A DNA stretch of 64,000 nucleotides. Origin: the human T2T-CHM13v2.0 reference genome, Homo sapiens. Shown here piece by piece: positions 13,864 to 27,210 of this stretch (position 1 is its first letter; the number at the start of each line of letters is the position of its first letter). The stretch is taken from assembly GCF_009914755.1 (NCBI RefSeq), contig NC_060937.1; one strand, written 5' to 3'. A model generated the notes under the pieces. That model made no database searches. It saw only the letters and a list, made by a program, of their open reading frames with translations, and was not told the origin of the DNA. A program made the translations under genes and the position numbers.

Positions 13864-16189
13864 GAAAGACTAGAATGTCTTGACACATATTAAACAAAAT
13901 TATTTTAATATATGTATCCTAGAAAATAGACTAATATAATTTGGTTACCAAATGTGTATAATCTGTACTTTTCCACAGCATTCCAAAATAACTGTGAATA
14001 TTGTTTTCTACCAAACCTGTTTAATCATCTTGCCTAAGTCAGGGTGCACCGGCATCCTAAATTGCTTAGAAAAAATGATAAGGACCTGTTTTCTAGACTC
14101 TTTAAATCTGAGAGGTAGTTATTATTTATATTAAAATATAATGCCTAAATATTATATAATATTGAAATATGAAAGATAACAGTTAACTCAAATATTCATA
14201 AAAATGCTTCATTTCCATGGATAAAGTAAATTTTATCGGATATAAAGATTGATAAATGAAAGTGCAACCCTAAGAAATCTATGAAGGCTTGAAAATCTGT
14301 TTTCCGTACGTAGTTTGGAATTCAAATTTTACGTTATGTTTCTACATGGCTCTGTGCTTTTTAAATGTTTCTTTCCTTCACTGTAAAGTAGTAAAGACCT
14401 ATAGGATGATTTTTGCAATAACCACTAAGCTCTCTGAAAGACATACCTACTGTGAAATTTGAATCATTATAAGTCATTGCAAAGTTGAATTCAGTAAAAT
14501 AGAAACCAATTAAAAGATAATTAAAAATACATAAAGCTACAAAGATTTTTCATTTTTAAAAATCAGAAAATCAACTCAGAAACAAAATATGATTAGTTAA
14601 TTAAGGTTCTTGGTGACATTATAAGAATCTGGTAAAATGGAGAAATATTAACATTAGATGCTAATGTTAAACTAGACATGCTGGACTTACGTTGAAGAAA
14701 GTTATATTTATTTTAGATATTTACCAAACTTTTTGACAGTAAGGTCAATCAAAGTGTAGAAACATTTTATTAATGAGGTAGATACGGCAAAGTCACTAAA
14801 TATCTTTAAATAAAGTTTAGCAATATTAGTGGAAAGGATAGGAGAGCCCTTATTTGGACTAGACATTTCTTCCAATCATTACATTTGCTTTCAACCTTAT
14901 TACCTAAAAGTTTTCTATGGGCTGCTAGTCTCCAGATAACTGGCATTTTCAATAACAGTCCTTGAACTTGATCTTTCTGTCTACCCAAGGGCATCTGGAG
15001 CCCCTTGTAAGAAAAGTGGAAATCACGTAGTCAAAGATTGAAAGTCTTCATTTGCAATGAGCACACATAATTTAACATGATAAATTAGAACACACAGAAC
15101 AAACATAAAAAAAATTTAAAGTGAATTATTTAATCTCCATGATCAAATTTCTCATAGTTTCTAAACATCAGATGGAAGGTGTATTATACAACAAGAGGTA
15201 CAACTCAAAATATAGCTCTATAAAAAGTTACTGTCTAGCAGAGAGAGATCATTATTCTAATCATCTACTTGAATCAGGTTTTAAATTTCAGTGGTATTTA
15301 TGTAAAAATTATGAAAATTTATAAATAGCGGCTAAGGGGCCATAGACATTGTTATGTTAATGTTAAAAATTAAAAATTATACATTATATAATATCTAAAT
15401 AATAAATATGAATAAGGTAATTAGATATTTTAATAATACAAATACAAAGAAATAAAAATGGAAATAATTTGATCTGATCAAAGATGGATCTTTCAAGGAC
15501 ATAAAGAAAATTGCTGAAAGAGATAAATGGTAACAAAATACTATAGTTATATTCCACCCAAAGTAAAGAAAAAAGTGGGAATAATTTGATTATTTTAAAT
15601 AGTACTGTGCTTCAGATACATAATTTAAAAATAAGGCTAAGTTTTCTTTAATTATCCGGGGCCAAAAAAAGTTTGTTCATCTCATTATAACAACACATCT
15701 TTTGATATTTGAAGGCAAGAAGACATCATTTCCTACTAAAGATTTATGAAAAATAAGCAATGTGTATTAGCAACTAAATCAAGGCTCTGGAGTTGATTTA
15801 AGTGCACACTACATTCATGCATTCTACAACCACTTAGCTATTGAGTCATTCTCTCAGGCACTATGATAGTAAACAGACAGATAAAAATGGAAAATGCAAA
15901 GACCACATACAGTTCAATTGAAAGTCAGTTTCAAATATAATTCATAAATGTATTTTATCCACTTCTTAAAGTATTCCTTCAGAAACTAATATTTTTCATT
16001 ATCATTTAGTTTCCTTTCACATAAAAAGGTACTATAATATTGAATAGAACCCACACTCCATTTTGCACAGATTCTATACATTTCCTTGAAACACCAATAT
16101 TGTGTATGAGAACGACTGAATTCTTGTTTATTTTATATGGACTATTCAGAAAAAATATAGGTCCCCTGGTAATAACTATGTAGTCAGGC

Positions 16190-16385
16190 ACAGAGCTGAG
16201 CATTTTCTGAAGATTATACTTCCAATAGCCCTATGAGTGCCTCTTTATATAAATATTCTAATGGAAGGAAAGAGAGGTGTGCAATTTGCCCAGGGCTAAA
16301 ATTGTGTTAATTGCTGTGGACGTGATTTTAACTCGTGGATGGCCTGACTCCTAAAACTGCTTTTAACTACTTCACTATATCCCGA
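16190..16385 (-). mobile_element. MIR fragment
   Basis: gagaggtgtgcaatttgcccagggc..gcctgactcctaaa..ttaactacttcactata. Confidence 0.6.
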
Positions 16386-16699
16386 CTGCCACAGATTAAC
16401 TGACCTTCCAGAAAAGCTGTGAAGGAAAACAGATATGTGCAAGTTCCTTAACACAATTATTTTCTGTATGGACACACCTGCTTCCAAACCTACTATATGT
16501 TTAATTTGTGTATGGTACTAGTCATTATGCAAGAACTTTTGGAAACTTGAAACTATTTGAACATAGCACTGACTGAGATTTTTTTCATAAAAATATATTT
16601 AAAAAATTGAAATACTACTAAAACGTATGGTAAGAAATCTGCCATGTTTACTCAGATAATACAGGTGGATGGGGCTCTTTGATTGGGAGAGGGACTGCT

Positions 16700-17055
16700 C
16701 TTTACAAAAGCTGTTGCAAGCTGAAATGCTGCAGCTTCACCTGGCTGCACACCTTTGCTGCTCCAATTGCTCCACATTGGGTCAGTCTTCCTCCTGATAT
16801 TATTTCCCAGTCTTCTGCAGCCATGCTTCCATTACTTGAAATTGTTCTTCAATGTGTCTGTGGCATGTTCCTTCAGACTGCCCTATTTGAGATCTCCTCA
16901 GTTCAGCTCACCATACAACAGCTGGCCAGGTGTCCTCCTGCTGTCATCCATTTTTTATACTTGTTTAGTCCAGTGGAGCAGTATTGTAGCAAAGAATAAC
17001 TTCACTGCTGTTGCACTGGCTGTGTTCCAGGACTTCCTGTTGGTGAATATGTTTC
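16700..17055 (-). mobile_element. RTE-clade LINE 3' ORF remnant (L4/RTE-X-like)
   Basis: Minus-strand translation EVLE..LHWTKQV*KMDDSRRTPGQLLYGELN*GDLK*GSLKEHATDTLKNNFK..WE matches the RTE C-terminal pattern LRWxGHVxRMxDxRxPKQLLYGEL..G..KDxLK..WE. Confidence 0.75.
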
Positions 17056-18529
17056 TACTTGTGATGCTAACTAAAATCAAGGTTAAACATAATGATCAAT
17101 ATTTTGCTCATTTTTTTGTTATGGCATATTAGTAAACATCTATGTACCTTTATACTCTACATAATCTGTCTTATTAATCAAGTTATTCAAATGTTTAGTT
17201 TGATAACATACTGCTTTTAGCAGGATTTAAATAGAGCTGTGTTAATATATTAAAAAAAAAAAAAAGAACAACCACTGCAGTTACTTTCAACTTACAGACT
17301 AAATAATATCTTACGTATTAATCAACAATCTCTGGTCAATTCAGAAATTTTATGAGCCATTGTGCAAAAGATAATGAACACCAATTATGCAATGCAAAAA
17401 AGTAAGGTAAACCCACAAATATTCTCCTAAACCTTCTTTAAGATAGAAAAAATTATTCGAAATATCAGGAAATATTTTGAAAAGCTACCAAAAAGATACC
17501 TGATATTAATAAAAATGTGTATCTAGTCACTAATATGCTTATGATACTGGCCTATATATTATTTCGAACTCCAAACATAGCAAAAATTAAAAAAAAATAG
17601 TATTTTTCAGTGGCCGTGATGCATAAATGATTCCAGCTAACTTAATATTCAGTTTCCACACACTTTCACATAAAATACTCATAAATTATAGTTAACATGA
17701 AATGGTCGCATACATAACGTGCGATCATTAGCATTTCCCTTTCATATTCAGTAAATAATAAACATTATTGGTTTTCTTATATGATAAGATGTGGTAATAA
17801 AACCAGAATGAGATTAATATTGCTATGTTAGAAACTTAAGTGGATCATACGCAAGTACTATGAGAAGAAGTACTGCCAGAAGGAAATTATGAAGAAAATA
17901 GATAGAGTTACAAATTTACTGACAGTATTAGGCAGATCATACTGGTATGGAATATATCACTTAGAGTACATCGTATAGCTTTTTGTCATAAAGTGAATCC
18001 TCATTTATCATTGATAGGACATATTTAATTCTGCATCTGCGTCTAAATCTATACTAAAGAGAAATACACTGTGGTAACTGCAGTTTGTTTTCTTTTAAAT
18101 TCATTTGTTTTGTTTTGCTTTATTTTTAATGGTGGTCAGGATCTGTAGGAATCAGTGAAATTGCATTCCGGACATCCATATTTTGTGAAATAACTGTCAT
18201 TTTTCTCTAAGCTATACTATAGTGAAGTCTGAAGTATTGGCGAATTAAATATCTATTAAAGATTTATTATAAATACATTTTATTTTTAATAAAGATTTAA
18301 TTCACCAATAACTCAGACTTTGTAGTTGGCATTTTGAAGAGTTCTATTTCTTTTGTGCCTGGATATCATGAATTTATACATCTTGCAGAATCTGCAGTAT
18401 TGGAGAAGACACTTCCAAATATCCACTAGTTTATTGGAAGCTTAAAAATTATGATCTGTCATCTATTGCAGAGCTTCTTATAAAAATCAATTCTATATTT
18501 TTATAATAGATATATAAAATTAGTAACAT

Positions 18530-18643
18530 ATGTTTATTCATTAATTATAACAGGTATTTGCGGGATAACTACTATGTTCCAAGAGACTGCAAAGATGCTG
18601 GAGATATAATGGTGATCAAAGGATTTTACCTCCCTTATGGAGT
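18530..18643 (-). mobile_element. L2 3'-end fragment
   Basis: tttattcatt..tactatgttccaag..gatgctggagatata. Confidence 0.55.
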
Positions 18644-19628
18644 TGTCAGTGCCCTCCAGACAAAACTTACAAGGAACACACTGGTAGTCAAGCAAAGTTG
18701 GGCTTATTTACTTGCATTGAGGAAGACTGCACACCATTGAAAATTTTAGAGTATTTTTTTAAGAGGGTGTAAAAAGCTCTTACTGCATGTATTAGTTCAT
18801 TCTTGCACTGCTATAAATAAATACTTGAGACTGGGTAATTTATGAAGAAAAGAGATTTAATTGGCTCACAGTGCCACAGGCTGTATAGGAAGCATGGCTA
18901 AGGAGGCCTCAGGAAACTTACAACCATGGTGGAAGGCAAAGGAAATCAGGCACGTCTTCACATGGCCAGAGCAGGAGGAAGAGAGAGAGAAGCTGCTACA
19001 TACTTTTAAATAATCGGATCACATGATAACTCACTCACTATCAGGAGAATGGCACCAAAGGGGAAATCTGGCCCTGTGATCCAATGACTTCCCCTCAGGT
19101 CCCACCTCCAGTGTTGGAGATTCCAGTTGGACATGAGATTTGGACAAGGACACAGACCCAAACCATATCACTGTAAGAGTTTTTGCTTGAATTGGGTGAT
19201 TTTAGGGAGGTTTTGAAGAAGTGAGGTCTGCCCTGGATTCAATAATGCCACTAAAGCAGGTAATTTACTGATTTGATATCTTAATCATTCTTAACCTACA
19301 AGGTGAGAGGAGCAAATAGAGGCTAGGAACAGCAATTATAGATATTAGCCAGAATAGATGATGCATTTGGTCAGTTTTTAGTTTTGGACATTGTTCTTGG
19401 CTTATTCTGTGCTCAGGTATAATTATGGAGGGGACTTGTCTTATTCCTCCTTCATAATCTCAACATCCTTTTCTGATGTGAATGTACTTTGAAGTTGTTT
19501 TTGTCAAGCAGTAGAATAAAGCACCATGGCCTGGCTGTGAGTGCTGAGCCAGCTCCTAGCAACACCAAGGCATAAATGATAGTGTCAGAGCATCTTCCAG
19601 CTGTTGATGTCTACTTTTCTCTTTGTCA
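18644..19628 (-). mobile_element. ERV LTR (MER89/MER90-like, family uncertain) hosting an MSTA
   Basis: TG...CA bounded; reverse complement starts tgacaaagagaaaag..ggagctggctcagcactcacagccaggcc; flanks gagt/gagg. Confidence 0.55.
18788..19170 (-). mobile_element. MSTA MaLR solo LTR
   Basis: tgtattagttcattcttgcactgctataaa...caaaccatatca; TSD ctgca/ctgta. Confidence 0.88.
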
Positions 19629-22600
19629 GAGGTAATTGCCTGAGGAAACTAAGGCAGGTTATAGATGACATTTTCAAATGCTTAGATAATGACAAAACAA
19701 GGACCCTAGTCTGTTGTTTTTTGAATAGCCCCAAAGTATCATTTTTTATTTAGCCACAGCCATTTTCCTACTTGTACCCCACACAACTTAGCCACATCCA
19801 CATACTGTAATTATAATGTGATACATGGCAATATTTGATGTAGCTAAATAAAATGATACATTTCTGCATGTAATATGTAGTTTAAAATGAATAGAGTTAA
19901 CTATAGTTCACACATATGTAACCAATAAACATCATATTTCATAAATTCATGTATAAGAAATGTATTGTCATCCTTCAATAATGTGAATTGCTTTGTCTTA
20001 TCTACACAGTAGATGTTTATTGTTAGTCAATTCAACTTTTTTTCCATCCCTCCTTCTTCCTCCTTGCTTCAGTTTTCTAAAGTTAAGTAAAAGTTTTAAG
20101 GGCCTGAGGCATTAAAAGACTATCATATTTTTTATTCAATCTCTAATCATCTAGTCGTACTGATTCACTTACTGAAAGCTACTTTTGCAACTGGTCTCTA
20201 AAGCTCCACAAATTTGATGGCCATTTTCTCCTCATCTAGACAGCAACACATGTTGAGTACATTGGCTCCTGGTACCCTGTTACTGATATTCCTAGGTAAT
20301 GGAAAGCACACTAAAGCCAGAGAATACGCTATAGGCTGCCTCAGACCCATCTATGCAGACACTTCACAAAGATATTTCTGCTCACTTCCTGCCACACTGG
20401 TGCAGGAACACTTGGTCACTTGGGGGACAAAAGGCTTAAGCAGAGGATTCTTTATTCAATTGGCCATCCTATCTGGGTATTCTAACGTCAACATTCCTTG
20501 GAGTTCAGTTGGAAAAAATCCTTCTTAGCTTCTGATTCAATTATTTTCTCAATTCAGAGCATCTGTAGTTCAGTTTAAGCTGTTAATCTATTCCTCTTAA
20601 TCTATTGTTTATAAAATCAATGATACTTTTTGAATCCAATAGTTTGCCTTGGGTTTTGAAACAGAGTATTTTGGAAAAGGTCATGAGGTACCTGGAAATA
20701 TGGAAAACAAGCTAGTGTAATATCCTAAAATATTATTCTGCCAGATATATTTTTAATGTAAGAAAATTATTGGTCATTCAACTTCATAACTTTGTGTTTA
20801 GTTATTCTAATACAAATGTGTATCATTTAGTAAGAAATAAATTATGAAATTATGTATGGTTTTTAAACTATAAATTGCTCTTCATTTTAATAAAATATTA
20901 TTGTATTTTGACATATAGTTTTAACTTTGAAGTGTCCAATGGTTGAAATCCTCATCAGTTTATTTTTATTTCCTGTTGAATATATGTAATTTAAATAATA
21001 AAACATTTACTAGATAATATTTTTCAAGAAACAATTACCCTACATATTAGCAACATTTTTCCACATATTGGAAAAAAAACAAAAACATATGAGATATTTT
21101 TTCTGGTACTTTCTACAAGATATAAATAACCTAACATTGTGCACAGAGCTGCATGGAGAATGGTTTAAATTAAATTTTCCTCAAGTTGTTGTCCTGTGTG
21201 CAAAATCATGGGGTGATTTTTTATTTTTCCCAGAATTGAAAATCCTCAGGGGAAAAAAGAACTTTTAATGGGATCACTGCTGGAACCTAAACTTCTTAGA
21301 GTTCAGCAGACGATGACAATTTAGGAGACCCACATAAACGTGCTGCCGCTGTAGACTACTGAGAGGAAATGTTATCCAGATCTCTATCAGGAGTTCACAA
21401 ATGTGATGCAGCTCTGAAGAAGTCTTGTGACTCTTCAAAATTAAGTTCTTTATTTTGTATCAATGGGATATTATGAAAGAACTACCCTTCCGGGTGATGA
21501 TTTATATAATAAAGTGAATATATGTGTTCTGCTGAAGATCTGAATAAATGTGCTTCACTGAGGGCCCAGGATGTTCTCCTCTTCATAATGGAAATTTTGA
21601 AGTTTCAGTTGGTTTTAAATCTTTGGGGAGTTTTGTTTAATGAAAATACATTGGTAATATGATGCCTCTACAAATTTCTATTTAGGAAATTAATAGAATT
21701 TAAAAAGGACTAGACGTTTTCCAAAGAAATAACTCTTAAACATGTACATTAATCACAGCAAAAGAAGTGTTAAGACCTAAGAAACCCAACTTTAGAAGGT
21801 TATTCTTAGCAATTCACAAAAGTAACATTTAAACTGCTTTTACTAACTTCAAATTTAGAAGATGAAACTATGAGTTTTTGTTGCTGTTGTTGTTGTCATT
21901 GTTGTTCTATTACTTTGTAGATAATAGTAAAGGACTATTTTAATGTAATTTATTCCAACTATAATAAAATTTGTCCAACTGGATGTAGAGTTTAGCTACC
22001 TTTGGCAGCACATCAACTAGAATTGAAAGAATTAGCACGGTAAAAAGGTCGGTGTTAATCTCTGCATGGGTGAAAGTCATACTTGCCAAATATTTACTTG
22101 ATAAATGGAGCCTGGCTTTGTGGTCCAACTTTTAGTTTAAAAGTATTTTATTAATGTCTATGGAATGTGAACCAAGGAGGCCAAGGTTTTATTTATTAAG
22201 CATAAATATCGAAAAGTATTATTCTGATTTTGATTTCTTTAGAAGAAAACTACAAATTTTAAAACCTACTTTAGTCCTAATAAACCTATGAAGTCCTACT
22301 AAGACTGTTTTGCCACATCCATGTAATTCAATTTAACAGGTATTTATTAATTGCAACTAATTCCCTTAGGCAGGGCATATAATTAAAAAGATGACTAAAT
22401 GATATGCCCATCCTAAGATAGCTTAAAGAAAGACAAGGACAAATTCAGAGTTTTATGTTTTTACTAGTACGTGCTGGTGCATTACCAACATTCAAATCAC
22501 AGGTTACAAGAGGCTCTTCACCTGGATCTTTACATAGACACTGACACCACTTTTAAGATAAAGCACATCATAAGTTTTTAAGAAAAGTCACTCCATCTTC

Positions 22601-22662
22601 TGTGAGGCTAAAAGTTGTTTCTGCATGTGGTAAGGAAACTTCAAAATAAACACTACCGTTGC

Positions 22663-23027
22663 TGTCATGAACTGAATGCTTGTGTCTCTCCCAAAATTCA
22701 TATCTTGAAATCCTAACCCGCCAAGGGATTGATGCTGGAGGATGGGGCCTTTGGGAGGTAATTAGGTCATGACAGAGGAGCCCTCATGAAACAGATTAAT
22801 GCCCTTAAAAAAGACAACTCAGAAAGGTCTCTTGCCCTTTTTCTGCAATGTGAGGAATAAGAATTCGGCAGTTTGCAACCTGGAAGAGATCCCTCATCAG
22901 AACCAGAGCTTGCTGGCACTCTGACCTCAGACTTCCAGCCTTCAGAACTATGAGAAATAAATTTCTGTTGTTTATAAGCCATCCAGTCTATGATATTCTG
23001 TTATAGCAGTCCAGACTGACTAAAACA
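22663..23027 (+). mobile_element. MLT1A-type MaLR solo LTR
   Basis: tgtcatgaactgaatg..caaaattcatat..gaaataaatttctgttgtttataagcc..gactaaaaca; TSD gttgc/attgc. Confidence 0.87.
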
Positions 23028-23947
23028 ATTGCCAGTATTCTCTCTTGAGTACTTAAAAGAAAAAATATATAAGAAAATAATACATTTCATAGAAAAATAT
23101 TTTTTCACTTTCTAAATGATGATAATGATACAATATAAAAATTATAAAATTAATGTGAAAGTAACCAAGCTTAGAAAAGCCAAGAAACTGAGTTGATGAA
23201 TTTAGACTGATATAAAGATAGTGAATTATAATTTATTCCCAAAATACAAAAAATATTCCCACAGATCACTTATCTATACTTTTTGTCAAGGACCTGAAGC
23301 ACTTACCAAAAAATAACAAAGAATTTCCTTCAATTAAATGTTCTCTTCCTCTGATGTTACCATTATTATTGTTCCTTCTAACACAGTTTTAGTGCTGAAA
23401 GCTTGTTCTACTGCAAGCTTTCCACTCTATCATCTTGTCTCAAATTAGAGCTTTATAATCTCCTACTGCTATTTACCCAATCTTTGCTGTATGCCAGCTC
23501 ACCCATCATCCAAACAAAGGGAAAAAGCAATAATAATAATGTCAATATCTACTCCTAAAACAACCAGTTCTTTGTACATATGTTATATCATCTGATGCTC
23601 TTGGAAGTCCTGGAGGTAGGTAAGTCAGCATTCTTGTTTTCACTTGCAGTGTTAGTGAATTACTTGGTAACAATTTGTGAATTGCCAGTCCCAAACTTGT
23701 TTCGAGCTTCTCGGGATTATCCAGCCATTCTAAATGAAATACACAGAGAAACCTTTTCTACAAAGGTAGAAAGCCCAGATCTTCCCTGCCAACCAGTTTC
23801 TGAGTCGATTGCCACCCATTGACAATTCTTAACCTCCATTTCAAAACAAATATGGTAGAACTTTGCTTTGCTTTTTTTCTAATAAGGTTTCTATGCCAGC
23901 TTATTCTATCATCCGTCTCCTGTTTTTAGATAATTGACACTCAGATT

Positions 23948-25585
23948 TGATGGCAGCGGTGGCCTGTCTACAGCAGCCACTGTGAAGACGCTGGCTGCAG
24001 CAGGAAGATGTGTGACTGGGGTTATGCGGTCTGCCGGGCGTTGGGAGCTGAGAACAGCAAGGAGCCCCGCCCCCTACTGAGTTCGCAAGGTGGGAGCCCC
24101 GTGCTCCCAGGCACAGCTGCAGCTTCCCAACCACAGCTCTGGACCTGGCATCCCTGCCCTCTCGGAGGCTTGGGCAGCCCCTGCTCCTGCAGGCTCAGAA
24201 GTGCCTGTTCCCACTGTCTGACCTCTCCTGGCTCCTGGCATTTGCTTCGGTGCAGAGCAAAGTTGTGGCCAAGCCCGGGTGCTGTTGTGATCCAGCCAGC
24301 TGTCCGTGCACTTGTGGCGGCGCTGACATACCAGCCCCCCTGCCTCCTCCACCCCCTCCGAACTTTGGGCACCCGTGATCATGGAAGGGAGACAGAGGTT
24401 GGCGGCTGAATGCAGCTTCGTGTGGGCCTGCAGGCACCCCTTGGCACTAACAGCATGGGCACCATGGACAGCATGTTGATGGCAGGGAGCAGACAGGTTT
24501 TTGGTCAGAAAGGGACAGGTCCCTGGTGAAATGCCATCTTCAAGCCAGGAAGGTGACTGCCTAAAGCCTGGGGGCAGGGTTGCCAGTTCTGGGTCGGGGA
24601 GTTGAAGTCCGGAGTGAAAACTCAAGGTGCTTTTTCCAGGCCTGCCCAAGGACACCCACGGACCAATCAGCACACACTTCTTCCTTCCAGAGCTTATAAA
24701 GACCGCAGACTCATCTAGATTCACACAGACGTTGGGACAACCTGCCTGTGGAAAGGAGCTACCCACTGTAGGTCTCCTCTCCACTGAGAGCTAGACTCTC
24801 ACCAGGACAACCTGCCTATGGAAAGGAGCTACCCACTGTAGATCTCCTCTCCACTGAGAGCTAGACTCTCACCAGGACGACCTGCCTATGGAAAGGAGCT
24901 ACCCACTGCAGGTCTCCTGAGAACTGTTCTGTTGCTCAGTGAAGGTACTCTCTGCCATGCTCAACCTCCAGTTGTCTGCAAACCTCATTGTTCCTGGATG
25001 CGGCACAAGAACTTGGAACCCACTGAATGGCGGGACTGAAAGAGCTGTAACACAAACAGGGCTGAAACATGCTCCGCCACTTGCCATGTTGCGGGTGACG
25101 AGAAGGAGAGAAGAGCTGGGGACCTTTGGGGAGCCCAGACCCAGGGGCTCCTTGAGCCAAGGCTGTGACACCCTCTTTGGGACTCTGTGGTTCCTGGCAT
25201 CTCCAGGCTTCAAGATGCCACCGCGGTCCTCTCGTAGAGATGTGTGTGCCTGCAGTAGAAGCTGTGTACAGCTGGTCCAGCTGCAGCCTCGCATGGTGCA
25301 GGCACCTGTGCCGATGCGTGGAGCTGCCTGCCCTGCCACAGCCGACGTACCCGGCTGTGCACAGTGGCCGGATCCTGCGCTCACTCGCTCACACATACCT
25401 CACCCCTCTGCACCTGGCTCGCCCTTGGCAGGCACGGGATCAAGGCTGGTAGCATGAGCCGAGTGCAGCCTGCCGGGCCAGGTCGTCAGAACAAGCCCAG
25501 CAGGTGCAAGCAAAACCCAAGCAGAGCCACCGGTGGCCACAGAAGTTGCTGGCTGGTGAAGTAACACCCTAAGGATCCCATGACA
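23948..25585 (+). mobile_element. MER52 (ERV1) solo LTR
   Basis: tgatggcagcggtggcc...gatcccatgaca; perfect TSD gatt at 23944-23947 and 25586-25589; colinear with 10055-11553. Confidence 0.9.
24735..24918. repeat. 70-bp tandem repeat (~2.6 units) inside MER52
   Basis: ggacaacctgcct.. starts at 24735, 24805 and 24875. Confidence 0.92.
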
Positions 25586-26414
25586 GATTCACCTTGTCTA
25601 GAGCAAGGCCTGAATATCCTCATAGACCCTACCTTATACAGATAGTTACCCATCCTTTATTACTCCTTTGTAAACTGGCTACTCTGGAGATGGACGTGTT
25701 TCCCCACACCTCAGTCTATCACCTTGATTGTACACTTGCCCACACACACATAATACATTTAGGTATCATCTTGTTTCCCTCATTCATAGGACTAGCTGCC
25801 TTTTCATCATCTCTGCCTCACTTCCTTGCATTTAGATTTTGTGTGTGCTTGGTGGATGAGAGACTTACTCAAGCCAGAGCCACCCCCATGTTCAGCAATC
25901 CCTCCCTGTGCCCTCCTTTACTTTCCTCCACATTCTTTATCCTACAGTCTGGACTCTGTTCTTGTTTCTTTAGCACCTAATAACTTTCAATCTGTTTTGT
26001 TTCTATCTTCAGCCTACAATAAATATAATGTATACCCTAATAAGCCAGGATAAAACACACATACACACACATTTAATACAGGATTCATAAAACAATACTA
26101 ACTCTTGGCAAGTGAATTTGTCAATTGAATTGTCAAGTGTAAGCACTCTAAATTTTCTATTCTGTTCTGTTTTATTCTAGTATTTCTTATTATTTCACCT
26201 AAAAGGGCTGATCAAAATAAAATAAAATGGATTTACAACTTACTGAAGGGATCATGATCCACAATCTGAGAAACAACGCTCTAACTGGCTAGTCATGTTT
26301 CACTTAGGAAAACATTTACCCAAAAGATAATGGCTGCTCAACAGGCTGCCAAAGTCTTTGGCCTCAAGATTTGAGACCTCTGACCAAGGTTTAAATACAT
26401 TCTCATACCTCCCA

Positions 26415-26444
26415 GCAGAGGTTAAAATGCAGAGGTTAAAATGC
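26415..26444. repeat. 14-bp tandem duplication
   Basis: gcagaggttaaaat twice, followed by gc. Confidence 0.9.
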
Positions 26445-26924
26445 CCATGAACTACTACCATTTGCTCATCAATTCATAGGACAATTATGATATTATTAAA
26501 AAATCTAGTTGCTGTTTTTTCTTCGAAAGCCTATTTGTAAGATACATAAGAACAGATAATGTATTTTATTAATTGATGTAGCCCTTGTTTCTAGGCACTT
26601 GCGGGCTCATAGTGTTCATTCTAATATTTGCTGAATAAATCAATCATTGAATCAATGAATGTTTGGAAGTGGCTTAGTAGGTTGTTACTCATTCATGCGT
26701 TCTCTCATTCAGTAAGCATCTGATGAATACCCATTACATTATATGTCAGTCACTATGCTTGTTCCTGCTTACATTATGCAATTGATTGAAACCAAGTCCT
26801 TATTTTTAAGAATAAGTAGTAGAATATGTAGTTTCTGAATGTTAAAGGAGTTAAATGAAAGATTAATGTCTAGCTCTTGCTATATGTGGAACTAACAAAT
26901 CACATGTATGTTAATTTTCTCATC

Positions 26925-27210
26925 ACCCAATCAACAAATATTTAAAAAGCACATGGAATGTGTTAGACACTATTTTAGGCCTTGGAGACAGCATGAATAA
27001 ACAAGAAAAATTTCCTGCCCTCAAGGAGCTCACATTCAGTGCGACAAGATAGAAATGGAACATAAGCAAATGAACAAGATAAAGTAGATAGTATTAAGCT
27101 CTATGAAGAAATAAAACATGGTGAAGAGATAGGGAGGTGGGCAGGTTAAAAGGAAGAGAGTACTTTTCTTTAGAACAGCATCTAGATGTCTCTGGAAGGC
27201 AATGGGAAAC
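26925..27210 (-). mobile_element. L2 3' fragment (further L2 ends at ~26580-26830)
   Basis: caacaaatattt..cctgccctcaaggagctcacatt. Confidence 0.7.

Noticed and set aside
14648-14670. 10-bp perfect hairpins and AT palindromes (also 59487-59510 and 34959-34980)
   Set aside because: Short AT-rich inverted repeats are expected occasionally in 64 kb of AT-rich DNA.
24735-24918. CRISPR-like array
   Set aside because: A plain tandem repeat with no unique spacers, in a primate LTR.
23901-25564. ORFs of 236, 172 and 165 aa
   Set aside because: Same MER52 artefact, inflated by the 70-bp repeat.
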